64,000 bases of DNA, taken from positions 1 to 64,000 of the forward strand of contig JAVRCV020000033.1 of the NCBI GenBank assembly GCA_034530615.2, in the 5' to 3' direction. Made by a program: the position numbers and the translations under genes. The notes under the pieces were generated by a model. It had not been told where the DNA came from, did no database searches, and saw only the letters and a program-made list of their open reading frames with translations. The stretch is from Aulosira sp. ZfuVER01 (GTDB lineage Bacteria; Cyanobacteriota; Cyanobacteriia; Cyanobacteriales; Nostocaceae). Shown here piece by piece: positions 48,977 through 58,925 of this stretch (its first letter is position 1; each line of letters starts with the position of its first letter).

Positions 48977-49810
48977 GTTGTTGACCATACATAAGTTCAC
49001 ATGAAGAATAACCGAATTCTTTATGCATTGAAACTGCTAATGTAGAAATCTCATTAGGTATAGTAACGCCATTGTATAAAGCATAAGCTTGTATAGCTGT
49101 TTCACCTCCATCAGCTAATGTTTTAACTAAAGCACCACAAGTATCTGCATCATTAATTATTCTTGCTGAAGCGGCTAATTTGAGTCCTCGATAGACCTGC
49201 TGAAAGTTAGTATTCATACAAGTAGCAACGCCAACTTGGCTACACATCTTACTTGCGCTTTGAATACCTTCTCCGATAGCATCAGCGACAGGTTGAGTAA
49301 CATTGCTATTTATCTGATCCCCAACTTGATTTATTTGATCTCCAAGATTTTCTACTCCCTTTATTACATCATCCATAGTAGGGAATCCACCAGCATAGAC
49401 GGGAGTTGATAGAGGAAATATGATAGCAAATGCAATAGCTGTGCAGATAGACTTGTATAGTTTCATAGTATTTATCTCCTTAGACTGCTAGTTAGTGTTT
49501 ACATTGAATTTCAGTTATTGATGAATAAAAAGTAATTTTAATGAGGTACAAAAATTACTTTTTATTTTCTATATTTAGAATCTGTTATTAATGAACTCTT
49601 TGACTGTTAACAATGTTACTAAAAGGAATTTTAAGTTTGTATTGAGCTATCCTTGTTAATATCGTCAAAATATGCGATGCAAATACTAAATAGTCACAAA
49701 TACTCAAGAATATGAACTGGTTTATCCAATGTGATATTCCTGCTTTCAAAGGATGTCTAAATAAACTCTCCAGATTGGATGTCGGAAAAACCACAGTATA
49801 ATCATTTTAA

Positions 49811-49837
49811 TAAGCAACCATATAATATGGTTGCTTA
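49811..49837. terminator. Perfect hairpin downstream of the hybrid kinase gene
   Basis: TAAGCAACCATA-TAA-TATGGTTGCTTA. Confidence 0.55.
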
Positions 49838-49924
49838 CTATTTTGCAGCTATGTACATTCGTTGATGTCTTGAGCTATACACCTCAGAATCTTTGACTAA
49901 AACAATTTATTGTTTGTCCGCTGA

Positions 49925-52900
49925 CTATTGAACTGGAATGAAGAGTGCAAATTCTGTACCTTGACCGGGAGAAGAGTTGCATTCGAGCGAACCGCCGTGC
50001 TTTTCTACTATAATTTGCTGGGCGATCGCCAATCCTAAACCGGTTCCTTTACCAACAGCTTTGGTAGTAAATAAATGGTCAAATATTTTTTGTTTAACTG
50101 ATTCACTCATACCCATACCATTATCAGAAATTGAGATTTTGACGAGGTTATCTTTCATTGAGGTAGCAATCTTAATACGGTTGGGATTAGCTTGTATATC
50201 CTGAAAGCTACGTCCATGATTTGATTCGTCTAAAGCATCAATAGCATTCGCCAGAATATTCATAAATACTTGATTTAATTGTCCTGGAAAACACTCAACT
50301 TGAGGTAGGTTGCCATACTCAGTTATCACTTCAATTGCTGGGCGTTGTTCGTTAGCTTTGAGGCGATGTTTGAGAATTAAAACTGTACTGTCAATTCCTT
50401 CGTGGATATTAAATGGTACTTTGTAATCTTTGTCAGCACGAGAGAAGGTGCGGAGACTAGTGCTGATATTTTTCAGGCGATCGCAAGCCATAGTCATTGA
50501 ATCAATCACTTTGGGTAAATCTTCCAAGGTATATTCCAAATCAATTTCGACCGCATGGTCAATAATTTGTTCGCTCTGGTTTTGGCAAGTTTCTTGATAT
50601 AGTTTTAGGTGTTCAACAATATCTACAAGTGAGGGTTTAGCTTGTTGGAGACTGGCAGCAATAAAACCCAAAGGATTATTCATTTCGTGAGCTACACCAG
50701 CAACTAAATTACCCAACGCAGACATTTTTTCACTTTGCACAATTTGTAATTGAGCATTTTGTAATTTGTTTAATGCCTGTTCTAATTGTTGGGCATATTG
50801 CTGCGATCGTTCATATAATCGAGCGTTTTCTAGAGAAATGGCGGCTTGTGTGCAGAGTACGTTGAGTAGTTCGACGCGATCGCCACTGAACGCCCCTGTA
50901 ACTAAACTATTTTCTAGGTATAACAACCCCAACAACTTGCCCTGATATAAAATCGGGTTGCACATGATACTCTTAGGCTGTTGACGGATGATATACGGAT
51001 CGTTAGCTAAGGTGAGATCGGTACTCGCATCAATCAGCACAGTAGTCTGCTGCTCATTTTTGACTTTGTAAATTAGTTTCAGAGGGATTTCTAGGCTTTC
51101 CTCAATGGGGAGATGCTGCAATACAACTGGCTCTGTTAAGAGAGTAATTAACCCTTCGATCAGCAGGCAATCGTCTTGTAACAGCATTAATACACATTTA
51201 TCAGCCCCCGCATTTTCAATGACAATAGAAAGTAACGATACCAGCAGTTTTTCCAGTTCAATTTCACCAGAGAGAGTTTGCGAGGCTTTGAAAATAGTAG
51301 CTAAATCCAGAGAATGGGAGACACTTGTAGAAGAACTAGTAGCGGTAACAGTTCCCAAGTTGAAGACAGTTTCGTTAACTGAGACAGGAGTGCGAGTTTG
51401 TTGGAAAATAGAACCCAGTAATTGCGGGTAACGCTTTTCTATATCGGCGACTTTGGCTTTTGCACCCCAGCGAGCATAACCGTAATAGGCTTCAATCGTA
51501 TAGTCTTGGGCGATATGCTGTCTGCCCCAGTCGAGGTAAAATTTAGCGGCGAGTTCATTGGCAAGAGCTTCTTCTTGGATATATTCGTTGGCTTTGGCAA
51601 GAGATATTGCCTTGTCGTATAAATCCATAGCTTCGACTTTGTTTCCTAACACTCGACATTTTTCTGCTTCCACCAAATCAACCTTATGTTGATAATTCAT
51701 CGGAGCATATTGCGCCCAGTGTTGTAGTTGAGTTTGGTTCTGCTCTACTCGTTGAAATACTTCTGATACTTGTTCCGATTGCAAATTTAAAGCTGCTAGA
51801 GCAATCAAAGAATCATAGAAATAAAATGCAGGTTCGTATACTAATCCCTTAGCAGCATTTAAATAACGACTGCATTCAACAGTATGGTTTTGCGCTTGCT
51901 CAATTTCTCCAAATAAGAAACAGAGCATAAGTTTATATGAATGGAACACACATAACTCAGTGACATCATTATCAGAAATTAGCTGCGGCAGAAGTTCTGC
52001 CTCTTGTACAGCTTCCCCAGACAAAATACAAGGATGCTCCCCAAAACCCAGCAAATTTAATGCCGACTGCCAAGAAAGGCGACAATGATTAGCTAGTGCT
52101 GCTTGGTTCAGTTGCATCAACCCATTGTAGTAAGCACGAGCATTCTGCTCTAAAGTAGCAAGAGGCTGATTACACCAAAAAGAAGCATTACAAAAAGTAC
52201 GGGCATGATATCCAGCAAACTTCGTGCTGCCAACTTCTAAACCAGTCACGTAGCCATCTTGCAAGAGTGGCAGAGTATCTTTGATGTGAGATTTGCGGTG
52301 CAGAACAAAACCTGCCAGCACCAAAAGTACTTCTGGTTTAATAGCTTTAGCGTCAAATTTAGAGATAATTTGCAGTGACAATTGGCCAAACTTTGTACCT
52401 GCATCTACATCTTGGAAAAAATTGCACAGAAGGAAACCATAGTTAGCGTAACTAAATGCAGAAGTTACTGTATTTCCATACTGAATGGATAATTTGACTG
52501 ATAACGCCACTAGTAATGGACACAAGATAGAACCACTGTTGTACGCTGGTGGGATGAGACTACTAGCAATCTGGATAATTGCCAAGACTTGCCGATCTGT
52601 CATCACAGGTAAATCAACTAAATCTGCAATTTCTCGATCTCCAATCAATTCCTTGATCTCTTGAATTGACTGTTGCAGATCTACTGGTGTGGGTGATTCA
52701 GAAAAAGTTACGCCAAGCTGTTGCAGAAGTTTCTGTCCGACATCAAGGGCATCGAATGGTTTATTTTGAAAGACGTAAGATTGAATTAGAATACAGTAGA
52801 CATTGACTTTTTCTATTAGAGAGTGTGCCTGTTTAATAACACTATCAACCAACTGTTCCATGACTGCAAATTCGCCGCATAAAGAAGCGATTTCCGCAGC

Positions 52901-55303
52901 CAATTCATGGAAAGCGAGGCTCATTTCATATTGCTCTTGCCAAGCTTTTTCTCCTAATAAAGATAATCCAATTTTGGCATATTCACCCGCTGCTTGATAG
53001 GCAGTGGAATTTTTAGCTTTGCGACAAGCAATCAAATTAAGTTGGGCTAATTCATATCGTTGTGTTTGTTCGGTAATTAAAGTAGTACCGTGATTTAATT
53101 GATTCACTATTTCAAAAATTCTCTCTTCTCTTGCTGCTGTTGGAATCTGTTGCAGCAGCAGTTGTCCGATTTGGTAGTGAGTCGTCTGTTTATAGTCCTC
53201 CGGAATCAGAGAATAGGCAGCTTGTTGAATGCGATCGTGTAAAAATTTATATTTAGCTAATTGTTTATTGATATTTTCTAACGCAAATTGCTGGTTATTC
53301 TCTCCCTGATAAAACTTATAAACATCACTAATTGGTAAAATCAATCCTTCTTGCAAAGCCTTCCATAGACAGGCTGCCGTTTCTACTTCTGATTGTTCTG
53401 AAACAATAGCCAAAGTTGCAACATCAAACTGATTGCCGATACAAGCAGCTAATTGTAATACCTTTTGAGTGAATTCTGGCAATTTTTTTAGTTGCAATGC
53501 CATAAAAGCAACAACATCATCTGTAATGGCTTGTTGATTAATTTGTGCAATGTCGCATTGCCAACATCCTAACTCGAAGTCAAATTCAATCAGTTTATCT
53601 TGATGTAAGGCTTTCAGAAACTGAGTTGTATAAAATGGATTTCCTTGAGTTTTTCGATAAACTAACTGAGAAAGATTCAAAGCTAAACTTTCTGGACATT
53701 TCAGTGTGTCAGCAACTAACTTATTTACTTGAGATTGAGATAATGGTGCTAAAGTAATTGTACTAATTGCTGCTGGTATTTTCTCAATTTCACGCAAAGT
53801 CAAGATTAATGGATGTCCTAGAGTGACTTCGTTATCGCGGTATGCACCAATGATGAAAAGATGGCCTGTATCAGCCATTAATTGTTGCATTAATTTTAGT
53901 GATGCTGAATCTGCCCATTGCAAATCATCTAAAAATATAGTTAAGGGATGTTCTGCACTTGTAAAGACTTGCGTAAATTTTTGAAATAATAAATTAAAGC
54001 GATTTTGTGCCTCTATTCCTGATAATTCTATCGCTGATGGTTGTTTACCAATAATGCGTTCTAATTCTGGAATAACTTCAATAATTACTTGACCGTTTTC
54101 GCCAACTGCTGATAAGATTTTGTTTTTCCATTGAGCTAACTGAATATCATTTTCTGTTAACAACTGCCCGATTAAATCTCGAAATGCTTGCACAAAAGCG
54201 CTGAAGGGAATATTACGTTGAAACTGGTCAAATTTACCTTTGATAAAATAGCCACGTTGTCTGACAATTGGTTTATGTACTTCGTTGACGACGGCTGTTT
54301 TGCCAATACCAGAAAATCCAGCAACCAGCATCATTTCGGTTGCGCCCTGACTGACTCTATCAAATGCTTGCAGAAGGGTTTGAACCTCCATGTCTCTACC
54401 ATAGAGTTTATCAGGAATGAGAAAGCGATCGCACACATCCCTTCGCCCAATTTCAAAACTCTCAATCCTACCAGTTTCTTTGAGTTGATATAAACAATTC
54501 TCTAAATCATATTTCAGCCCCAATACACTTTGGTATCTATCTTCAGCATTCTTCGCCATTAATTTGCTGACAATTCTTGAGATAGCAGAGGGAATTTCTG
54601 AATTAATTTCATGGACTAATGGTGCGATTTTGGCAATGTGACAATGTACTAACTCCATTGCATCATGCGATGGAAATGGTAATTGCCCTGTCAGTAATTC
54701 ATAGAAGGTTACACCCAAAGAATACAAATCTGTGCGATAGTCAATCCCTCGATTCATTCTGCCTGTTTGTTCTGGAGAAATATAAGCCAATGTCCCCTCT
54801 AAAACGTTGGGATTGACAAGGGTTTGAGTTTCTCTTGGTAGTAGCGATGCAATGCTAAAGTCAATTAATTTAACTTGTTTAGTTTCGGGATTAATTAAAA
54901 TATTGCTGGGTTTAATATCTTTATGAATAATGCGATCGCGGTAGAGTATATCTAAGGAGTTGCACAGGGCGATCGCAATTTGTAAAAATTGATTTAGCGA
55001 TATGAGATTATTATTAGCGAAATAATCCTTCAGAGAAATCCCGCCAAAATCTTCCATTACTAACGCAAAGCTATTGTGTAATGGTTCTAAACTGTAAGTT
55101 TGAATAATTCCATGATAGCTAAGGTTTTTAGCAATGGCGTATTGATTGCGAAATTGTACTAGTTCACTAAAGCTGGGATACTGATTCTTTAGTACTTTAA
55201 TGATTATTGATAATGAATCAATCTCTCGAATCCCTTGATAAACTACGGTTCTAGAACCATCATAAAGTTTGTTGCTCAAGCGATAACCGGGAATACTAAT
55301 CAT
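49925..55303 (-). CDS. Hybrid Ser/Thr kinase - AAA/STAND ATPase - GAF - histidine kinase
   Basis: HKDIKPSN, DFS, GTLAYISPE; GFSGIGKT, FLDDLQWAD; GAF; AHEMNNP, NAIDA, DNGMG, GTGLGL. Confidence 0.95.
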   Translation of the reverse strand: MISIPGYRLSNKLYDGSRTVVYQGIREIDSLSIIIKVLKNQYPSFSELVQFRNQYAIAKNLSYHGIIQTYSLEPLHNSFALVMEDFGGISLKDYFANNNLISLNQFLQIAIALCNSLDILYRDRIIHKDIKPSNILINPETKQVKLIDFSIASLLPRETQTLVNPNVLEGTLAYISPEQTGRMNRGIDYRTDLYSLGVTFYELLTGQLPFPSHDAMELVHCHIAKIAPLVHEINSEIPSAISRIVSKLMAKNAEDRYQSVLGLKYDLENCLYQLKETGRIESFEIGRRDVCDRFLIPDKLYGRDMEVQTLLQAFDRVSQGATEMMLVAGFSGIGKTAVVNEVHKPIVRQRGYFIKGKFDQFQRNIPFSAFVQAFRDLIGQLLTENDIQLAQWKNKILSAVGENGQVIIEVIPELERIIGKQPSAIELSGIEAQNRFNLLFQKFTQVFTSAEHPLTIFLDDLQWADSASLKLMQQLMADTGHLFIIGAYRDNEVTLGHPLILTLREIEKIPAAISTITLAPLSQSQVNKLVADTLKCPESLALNLSQLVYRKTQGNPFYTTQFLKALHQDKLIEFDFELGCWQCDIAQINQQAITDDVVAFMALQLKKLPEFTQKVLQLAACIGNQFDVATLAIVSEQSEVETAACLWKALQEGLILPISDVYKFYQGENNQQFALENINKQLAKYKFLHDRIQQAAYSLIPEDYKQTTHYQIGQLLLQQIPTAAREERIFEIVNQLNHGTTLITEQTQRYELAQLNLIACRKAKNSTAYQAAGEYAKIGLSLLGEKAWQEQYEMSLAFHELAAEIASLCGEFAVMEQLVDSVIKQAHSLIEKVNVYCILIQSYVFQNKPFDALDVGQKLLQQLGVTFSESPTPVDLQQSIQEIKELIGDREIADLVDLPVMTDRQVLAIIQIASSLIPPAYNSGSILCPLLVALSVKLSIQYGNTVTSAFSYANYGFLLCNFFQDVDAGTKFGQLSLQIISKFDAKAIKPEVLLVLAGFVLHRKSHIKDTLPLLQDGYVTGLEVGSTKFAGYHARTFCNASFWCNQPLATLEQNARAYYNGLMQLNQAALANHCRLSWQSALNLLGFGEHPCILSGEAVQEAELLPQLISDNDVTELCVFHSYKLMLCFLFGEIEQAQNHTVECSRYLNAAKGLVYEPAFYFYDSLIALAALNLQSEQVSEVFQRVEQNQTQLQHWAQYAPMNYQHKVDLVEAEKCRVLGNKVEAMDLYDKAISLAKANEYIQEEALANELAAKFYLDWGRQHIAQDYTIEAYYGYARWGAKAKVADIEKRYPQLLGSIFQQTRTPVSVNETVFNLGTVTATSSSTSVSHSLDLATIFKASQTLSGEIELEKLLVSLLSIVIENAGADKCVLMLLQDDCLLIEGLITLLTEPVVLQHLPIEESLEIPLKLIYKVKNEQQTTVLIDASTDLTLANDPYIIRQQPKSIMCNPILYQGKLLGLLYLENSLVTGAFSGDRVELLNVLCTQAAISLENARLYERSQQYAQQLEQALNKLQNAQLQIVQSEKMSALGNLVAGVAHEMNNPLGFIAASLQQAKPSLVDIVEHLKLYQETCQNQSEQIIDHAVEIDLEYTLEDLPKVIDSMTMACDRLKNISTSLRTFSRADKDYKVPFNIHEGIDSTVLILKHRLKANEQRPAIEVITEYGNLPQVECFPGQLNQVFMNILANAIDALDESNHGRSFQDIQANPNRIKIATSMKDNLVKISISDNGMGMSESVKQKIFDHLFTTKAVGKGTGLGLAIAQQIIVEKHGGSLECNSSPGQGTEFALFIPVQ

Positions 55304-55329
55304 AATGCCAAACTTTCAACATCAGATTT

Positions 55330-55338
55330 AGTATTCCC
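55330..55338 (-). promoter_or_regulatory. Putative SigJ promoter element (J-box GGGAATACT)
   Basis: Exact GGGAATACT on the coding strand, 26 nt before the kinase start codon. Confidence 0.55.
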
Positions 55339-55520
55339 ATAAATCTCAAATATTTTACCAATAGCCCCAAAACACTCGCAGTAATCATACATTAGCTAAT
55401 GCACAATCTGCTAGGAGCTTGCTAGACCGAATTTTGAAATAGCTTTCTTCAGGGCGAAGTTTTCTTTTCACTAAATATAAATTTGAGAGTCTCAAAAAAC
55501 CATCTTCTAGCTTTTTGTTC

Positions 55521-56030
55521 TTAAATATCTCGCATAGCAGGGATTCCCACCTGTAGTTTGAATAGTAACTCAATCAGTGTTTTCTTCTCATCAGAATTAA
55601 GATGAGCCATCATCTCAGTTGTGCGACAGAAATGCTCTGGTAGCATTTGAGTTAACTTTTGCTGTCCTTGAGAAGTCAACTCGACAATTAAACGCCGTCT
55701 ATCTACTGGGTGTGGCTGTCGCTTCACGAGTCCATCCTTTTCCAAACCGTCTAATAAACCAGTGATAGTTCCACGAGTCACACCAGAACGTTCTGCACAT
55801 TCTGAAGGTGTCAAGCCTTGCCCTTTGGTGCGGAATAATTGCATGAGAACTGTAAATTTGCCCATCGACAGCTGATGACGAGCTAAATGAGTATCTAATG
55901 CAGCATAAACAACAGATGTAGTATTCAAAAATGCTAGACAAGCCTCAATAGATGGAATGTCTAACTCAGAAAATTGCTGCGCTAATTCCGTTAACTCTTG
56001 TGGTGATGGTACTTGGGGAGAAACAAACAT
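55521..56030 (-). CDS. MarR family transcriptional regulator
   Basis: LTPSECAERSGVTRGTITGLLDGLEKDGLVKRQPHPVDRR. Confidence 0.93.
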   Translation of the reverse strand: MFVSPQVPSPQELTELAQQFSELDIPSIEACLAFLNTTSVVYAALDTHLARHQLSMGKFTVLMQLFRTKGQGLTPSECAERSGVTRGTITGLLDGLEKDGLVKRQPHPVDRRRLIVELTSQGQQKLTQMLPEHFCRTTEMMAHLNSDEKKTLIELLFKLQVGIPAMRDI

Positions 56031-56190
56031 AAGTTGGCAAGCATTAGTTGACTAACTTACTATATGTTGTCTTAATATTATGTTGATGCGATCGCAGTCT
56101 CATATAACTAGATTAGTAGAAGAATTAGGCTTTCAATCACAGGCAAGGCAGGAAATTAAAATCAAGCTGGCAAGACAGATAATTCGGCAG

Positions 56191-58473
56191 TCAAGACATT
56201 ACCTTCTGCAAAGTGAGCAATAATTCATTAATAGTGTAGGGCTTGGGTAAAAATGTTGTGACACCGCTACTCGCTACAGCCTCCAGCTTATTGGTAGAAA
56301 TCAAGCCACTGGTGGCAATAATTTTGACATTTGGGTTGATTTTTTTTAAGGTGCGGATTGCGGTTACGCCATCGAGGGAAGGAAGCATCAAATCCATGAG
56401 TACGACACTGATTTGATCGATATGTTTAGCATAAACTGCGATCGCTTCAATGCCATCACTAGCGACAATAGCTTTGTAGTTATGAGTTTCTAGGGATGTT
56501 TTGGTAATCTCTTGAATAGCAGGTTCATCATCTACTATCAAAATCATTTCCCCATGTGCAGTCAGCACTGTTGATTCATCTACGCTATGGCTTTCTGTAC
56601 CCTCTACTGCTGGTAAATATACCTGAAAGCGAGTACCAACATTCAGTTCGCTATACACGTTAATAAAACCACCGTGGCTTTTGATAATCCCCAGAACGGT
56701 AGAAAGTCCTAGCCCTGTACCTTGTCCTACCTCTTTTGTGGTGAAGAATGGCTCAAAAATCCGATCTAAGTTTTCCTCAGAAATTCCCACTCCACTATCG
56801 CTGACAGTAATCACTATGTATGGCCCAACTTTGGCTTCTAGATTCATGCGGGCATAGTTCTCATCAATAAACAGATTTTTTGCAGAGATGGATAATTTAC
56901 CACCATTGGGCATAGAATCACGAGCATTGACGCAGAGATTCATTAACACCTGATGCATTTGGGTACTATCACCCGAAACTATCCATAAGTCTTGTGGAAC
57001 ATCAGTAGAGACTTGAATTGATCTTGGCAATGTCTCCTTAAGAACCTTAGAAACTTCCACAATTAGATGTCTGATTTGCAGATTAATGCGTTTGCCTTCC
57101 ACACCTCTGGCAAATGACAGTACCTGCTTGACTAAATCAGCACCGCGTTTCGCGTTAATTTCTAGAATTTCTAACAAATGCTGAGTTCGTTCATCTGCAT
57201 CGGGAAATTTTAGCGGTAGGAGTTGCGCTCCTGCTAAAATTGGCGTCAGGATATTGTTGAGATCGTGAGCAATACCACTAGCTAAGGTGCCAATACTTTC
57301 CAATCGTTGGGCACGAAATAATTGTGCTTCTAAGCGTTTTTTCTCGGTAATATCTGTGTCAACAGTCAGAATTGATTTAGGTTTACCCTGTTCATCACAT
57401 ACCAAACTCCAACGGCTAGAAACTAAAATTTCTTTACCAGTTTTGGTGATTTTAGTAAACTCACCCTCCCACTTACCTTTATTAATGACAGTTAAAAGAG
57501 CTGCTGCGACTTCTGGTGGTGCTTCCTCATCATAAAATAACTCGCTAGCATCTTTGCCCTTAGCTTCTGTGACTGACCAGCCATAAAGTTTTTCTGCACC
57601 TTTGTTCCAGAAGAGAATTTTGTTTTCTAAATCTCGCACGAGAATGGCATCAGTAGCAATGTCTAGTAATGCGGCTTGTTCGCGAATTGTTTCATCAGCT
57701 AACTTGCGTTGTTGTAGCGCAGCTTGCCGTTCGCTAATATCAATGCAAGCACAAGTGATGCCGATAACTTGTTGTAACTCGTTGCGCAATGGTTCTACAG
57801 TCAAGTCGTAATAGCGAATTCCTTGGGCAGTAGTTATAGATACTTCATCTCTAGTACCTACCCCCGTCACCAGCACCCCCAGTTTCAGCGCAGTCAAATG
57901 GTGGGCACTTTCCAAGGGAATTAATTCTGAGTCGCGTTTACCCAACATTTCTTCGGCTGTAAACCCAAAACCTGGGTTATAAACCCAGGTATAGCGTAAT
58001 TCTTGGTCTTGGTTAAAGACAAAAATTGGTGAGTTTTTTAAAGCAACTCGAAATCGTTCTTCACTCTGTCGCAGTGCGTCTTCTATTCGTTGACGCTCAA
58101 TAGCATAACGCATAGAGCGGACTAACAAGTCGCCTGTTACTTGCCCCTTGACTAAATAATCTTGTGCGCCTTCTTGCATTGCTTTGAGGGCTAAGGTTTC
58201 ATCGTCAATCCCAGTCAGCACAATGATGGGAGTTGATTTTGCCTGATTGCGCGCTCTAATAAAGGTTTCCAACCCCTGGCTATCTGGGAGCGATAGATCT
58301 AAAAGTATGACATCAAAGCTTTCGTGAGCGAGATAGCTGAGTGCTTCGTCTAGCTGCTCAACAGGTTGCAACTCAACCGCAGTGGCGGTGACATCGTTTA
58401 AAAATTCCTGCAACAACAGGACATCACCGGGGTTATCTTCAACTAACAGGACTTTAATAATTTCACCTGCCAT
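56191..58473 (-). CDS. Hybrid histidine kinase REC-PAS-PAS-HK-REC (probable start 58473)
   Basis: LLVEDN…LLDLSLPD; PAS domains; AHDLNN; NARD; EPFFTTK; GTGLGL; C-terminal receiver. Confidence 0.94.
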   Translation of the reverse strand: MAGEIIKVLLVEDNPGDVLLLQEFLNDVTATAVELQPVEQLDEALSYLAHESFDVILLDLSLPDSQGLETFIRARNQAKSTPIIVLTGIDDETLALKAMQEGAQDYLVKGQVTGDLLVRSMRYAIERQRIEDALRQSEERFRVALKNSPIFVFNQDQELRYTWVYNPGFGFTAEEMLGKRDSELIPLESAHHLTALKLGVLVTGVGTRDEVSITTAQGIRYYDLTVEPLRNELQQVIGITCACIDISERQAALQQRKLADETIREQAALLDIATDAILVRDLENKILFWNKGAEKLYGWSVTEAKGKDASELFYDEEAPPEVAAALLTVINKGKWEGEFTKITKTGKEILVSSRWSLVCDEQGKPKSILTVDTDITEKKRLEAQLFRAQRLESIGTLASGIAHDLNNILTPILAGAQLLPLKFPDADERTQHLLEILEINAKRGADLVKQVLSFARGVEGKRINLQIRHLIVEVSKVLKETLPRSIQVSTDVPQDLWIVSGDSTQMHQVLMNLCVNARDSMPNGGKLSISAKNLFIDENYARMNLEAKVGPYIVITVSDSGVGISEENLDRIFEPFFTTKEVGQGTGLGLSTVLGIIKSHGGFINVYSELNVGTRFQVYLPAVEGTESHSVDESTVLTAHGEMILIVDDEPAIQEITKTSLETHNYKAIVASDGIEAIAVYAKHIDQISVVLMDLMLPSLDGVTAIRTLKKINPNVKIIATSGLISTNKLEAVASSGVTTFLPKPYTINELLLTLQKVMS

Positions 58474-58478
58474 TTCTA

Positions 58479-58925
58479 TCACTCCGGCGGCAGTTTGACG
58501 ATCGCAAACCAAAAGTTTTCTATAGATCGAATAATTTTAACAAATTGATCGAAGTCAACTGGCTTAGTTATATAACAGTTGGCAGCTAAATTATAGGCTT
58601 TAAGAATATCTTCTTCGGCTTGGGAAGTCGTCAGCACAACTACAGGAATTCTTTTGAGATGTTCGTCACCTTTGATTTCTGCTAGGACTTCGCGACCATC
58701 TTTTTTTGGTAGGTTTAAATCAAGTAGCACAATATCGGGATGTGGTACATTAGCATATTTATCTTGTTTTCGTAAGAACGCCATTGCCTCAACCCCATCC
58801 TCAACGACATTTAGGTGAACCGCGATTTTGCTATCTTCCAAGGCGATGCGCGTTAGTAGGGCATCGCCAGGATTGTCTTCTACTAACAAAACCTCGATAG
58901 GCATAACTCCCGATCGATTGTTCAC
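58479..58925 (-). CDS. Single-domain response regulator (Rcp1-like)
   Basis: [39 protein letters not shown]. Confidence 0.93.
   Translation of the reverse strand: MNNRSGVMPIEVLLVEDNPGDALLTRIALEDSKIAVHLNVVEDGVEAMAFLRKQDKYANVPHPDIVLLDLNLPKKDGREVLAEIKGDEHLKRIPVVVLTTSQAEEDILKAYNLAANCYITKPVDFDQFVKIIRSIENFWFAIVKLPPE

Larger units (their letters stand above)
47590..49466 (-). pseudogene. Secreted protein gene (228 aa when reconstructed) interrupted by IS4
   Basis: Removing the IS and one TSD joins …ELMYGQQP to NLSNMVKTS…YRYHWRW in frame. Confidence 0.85.
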
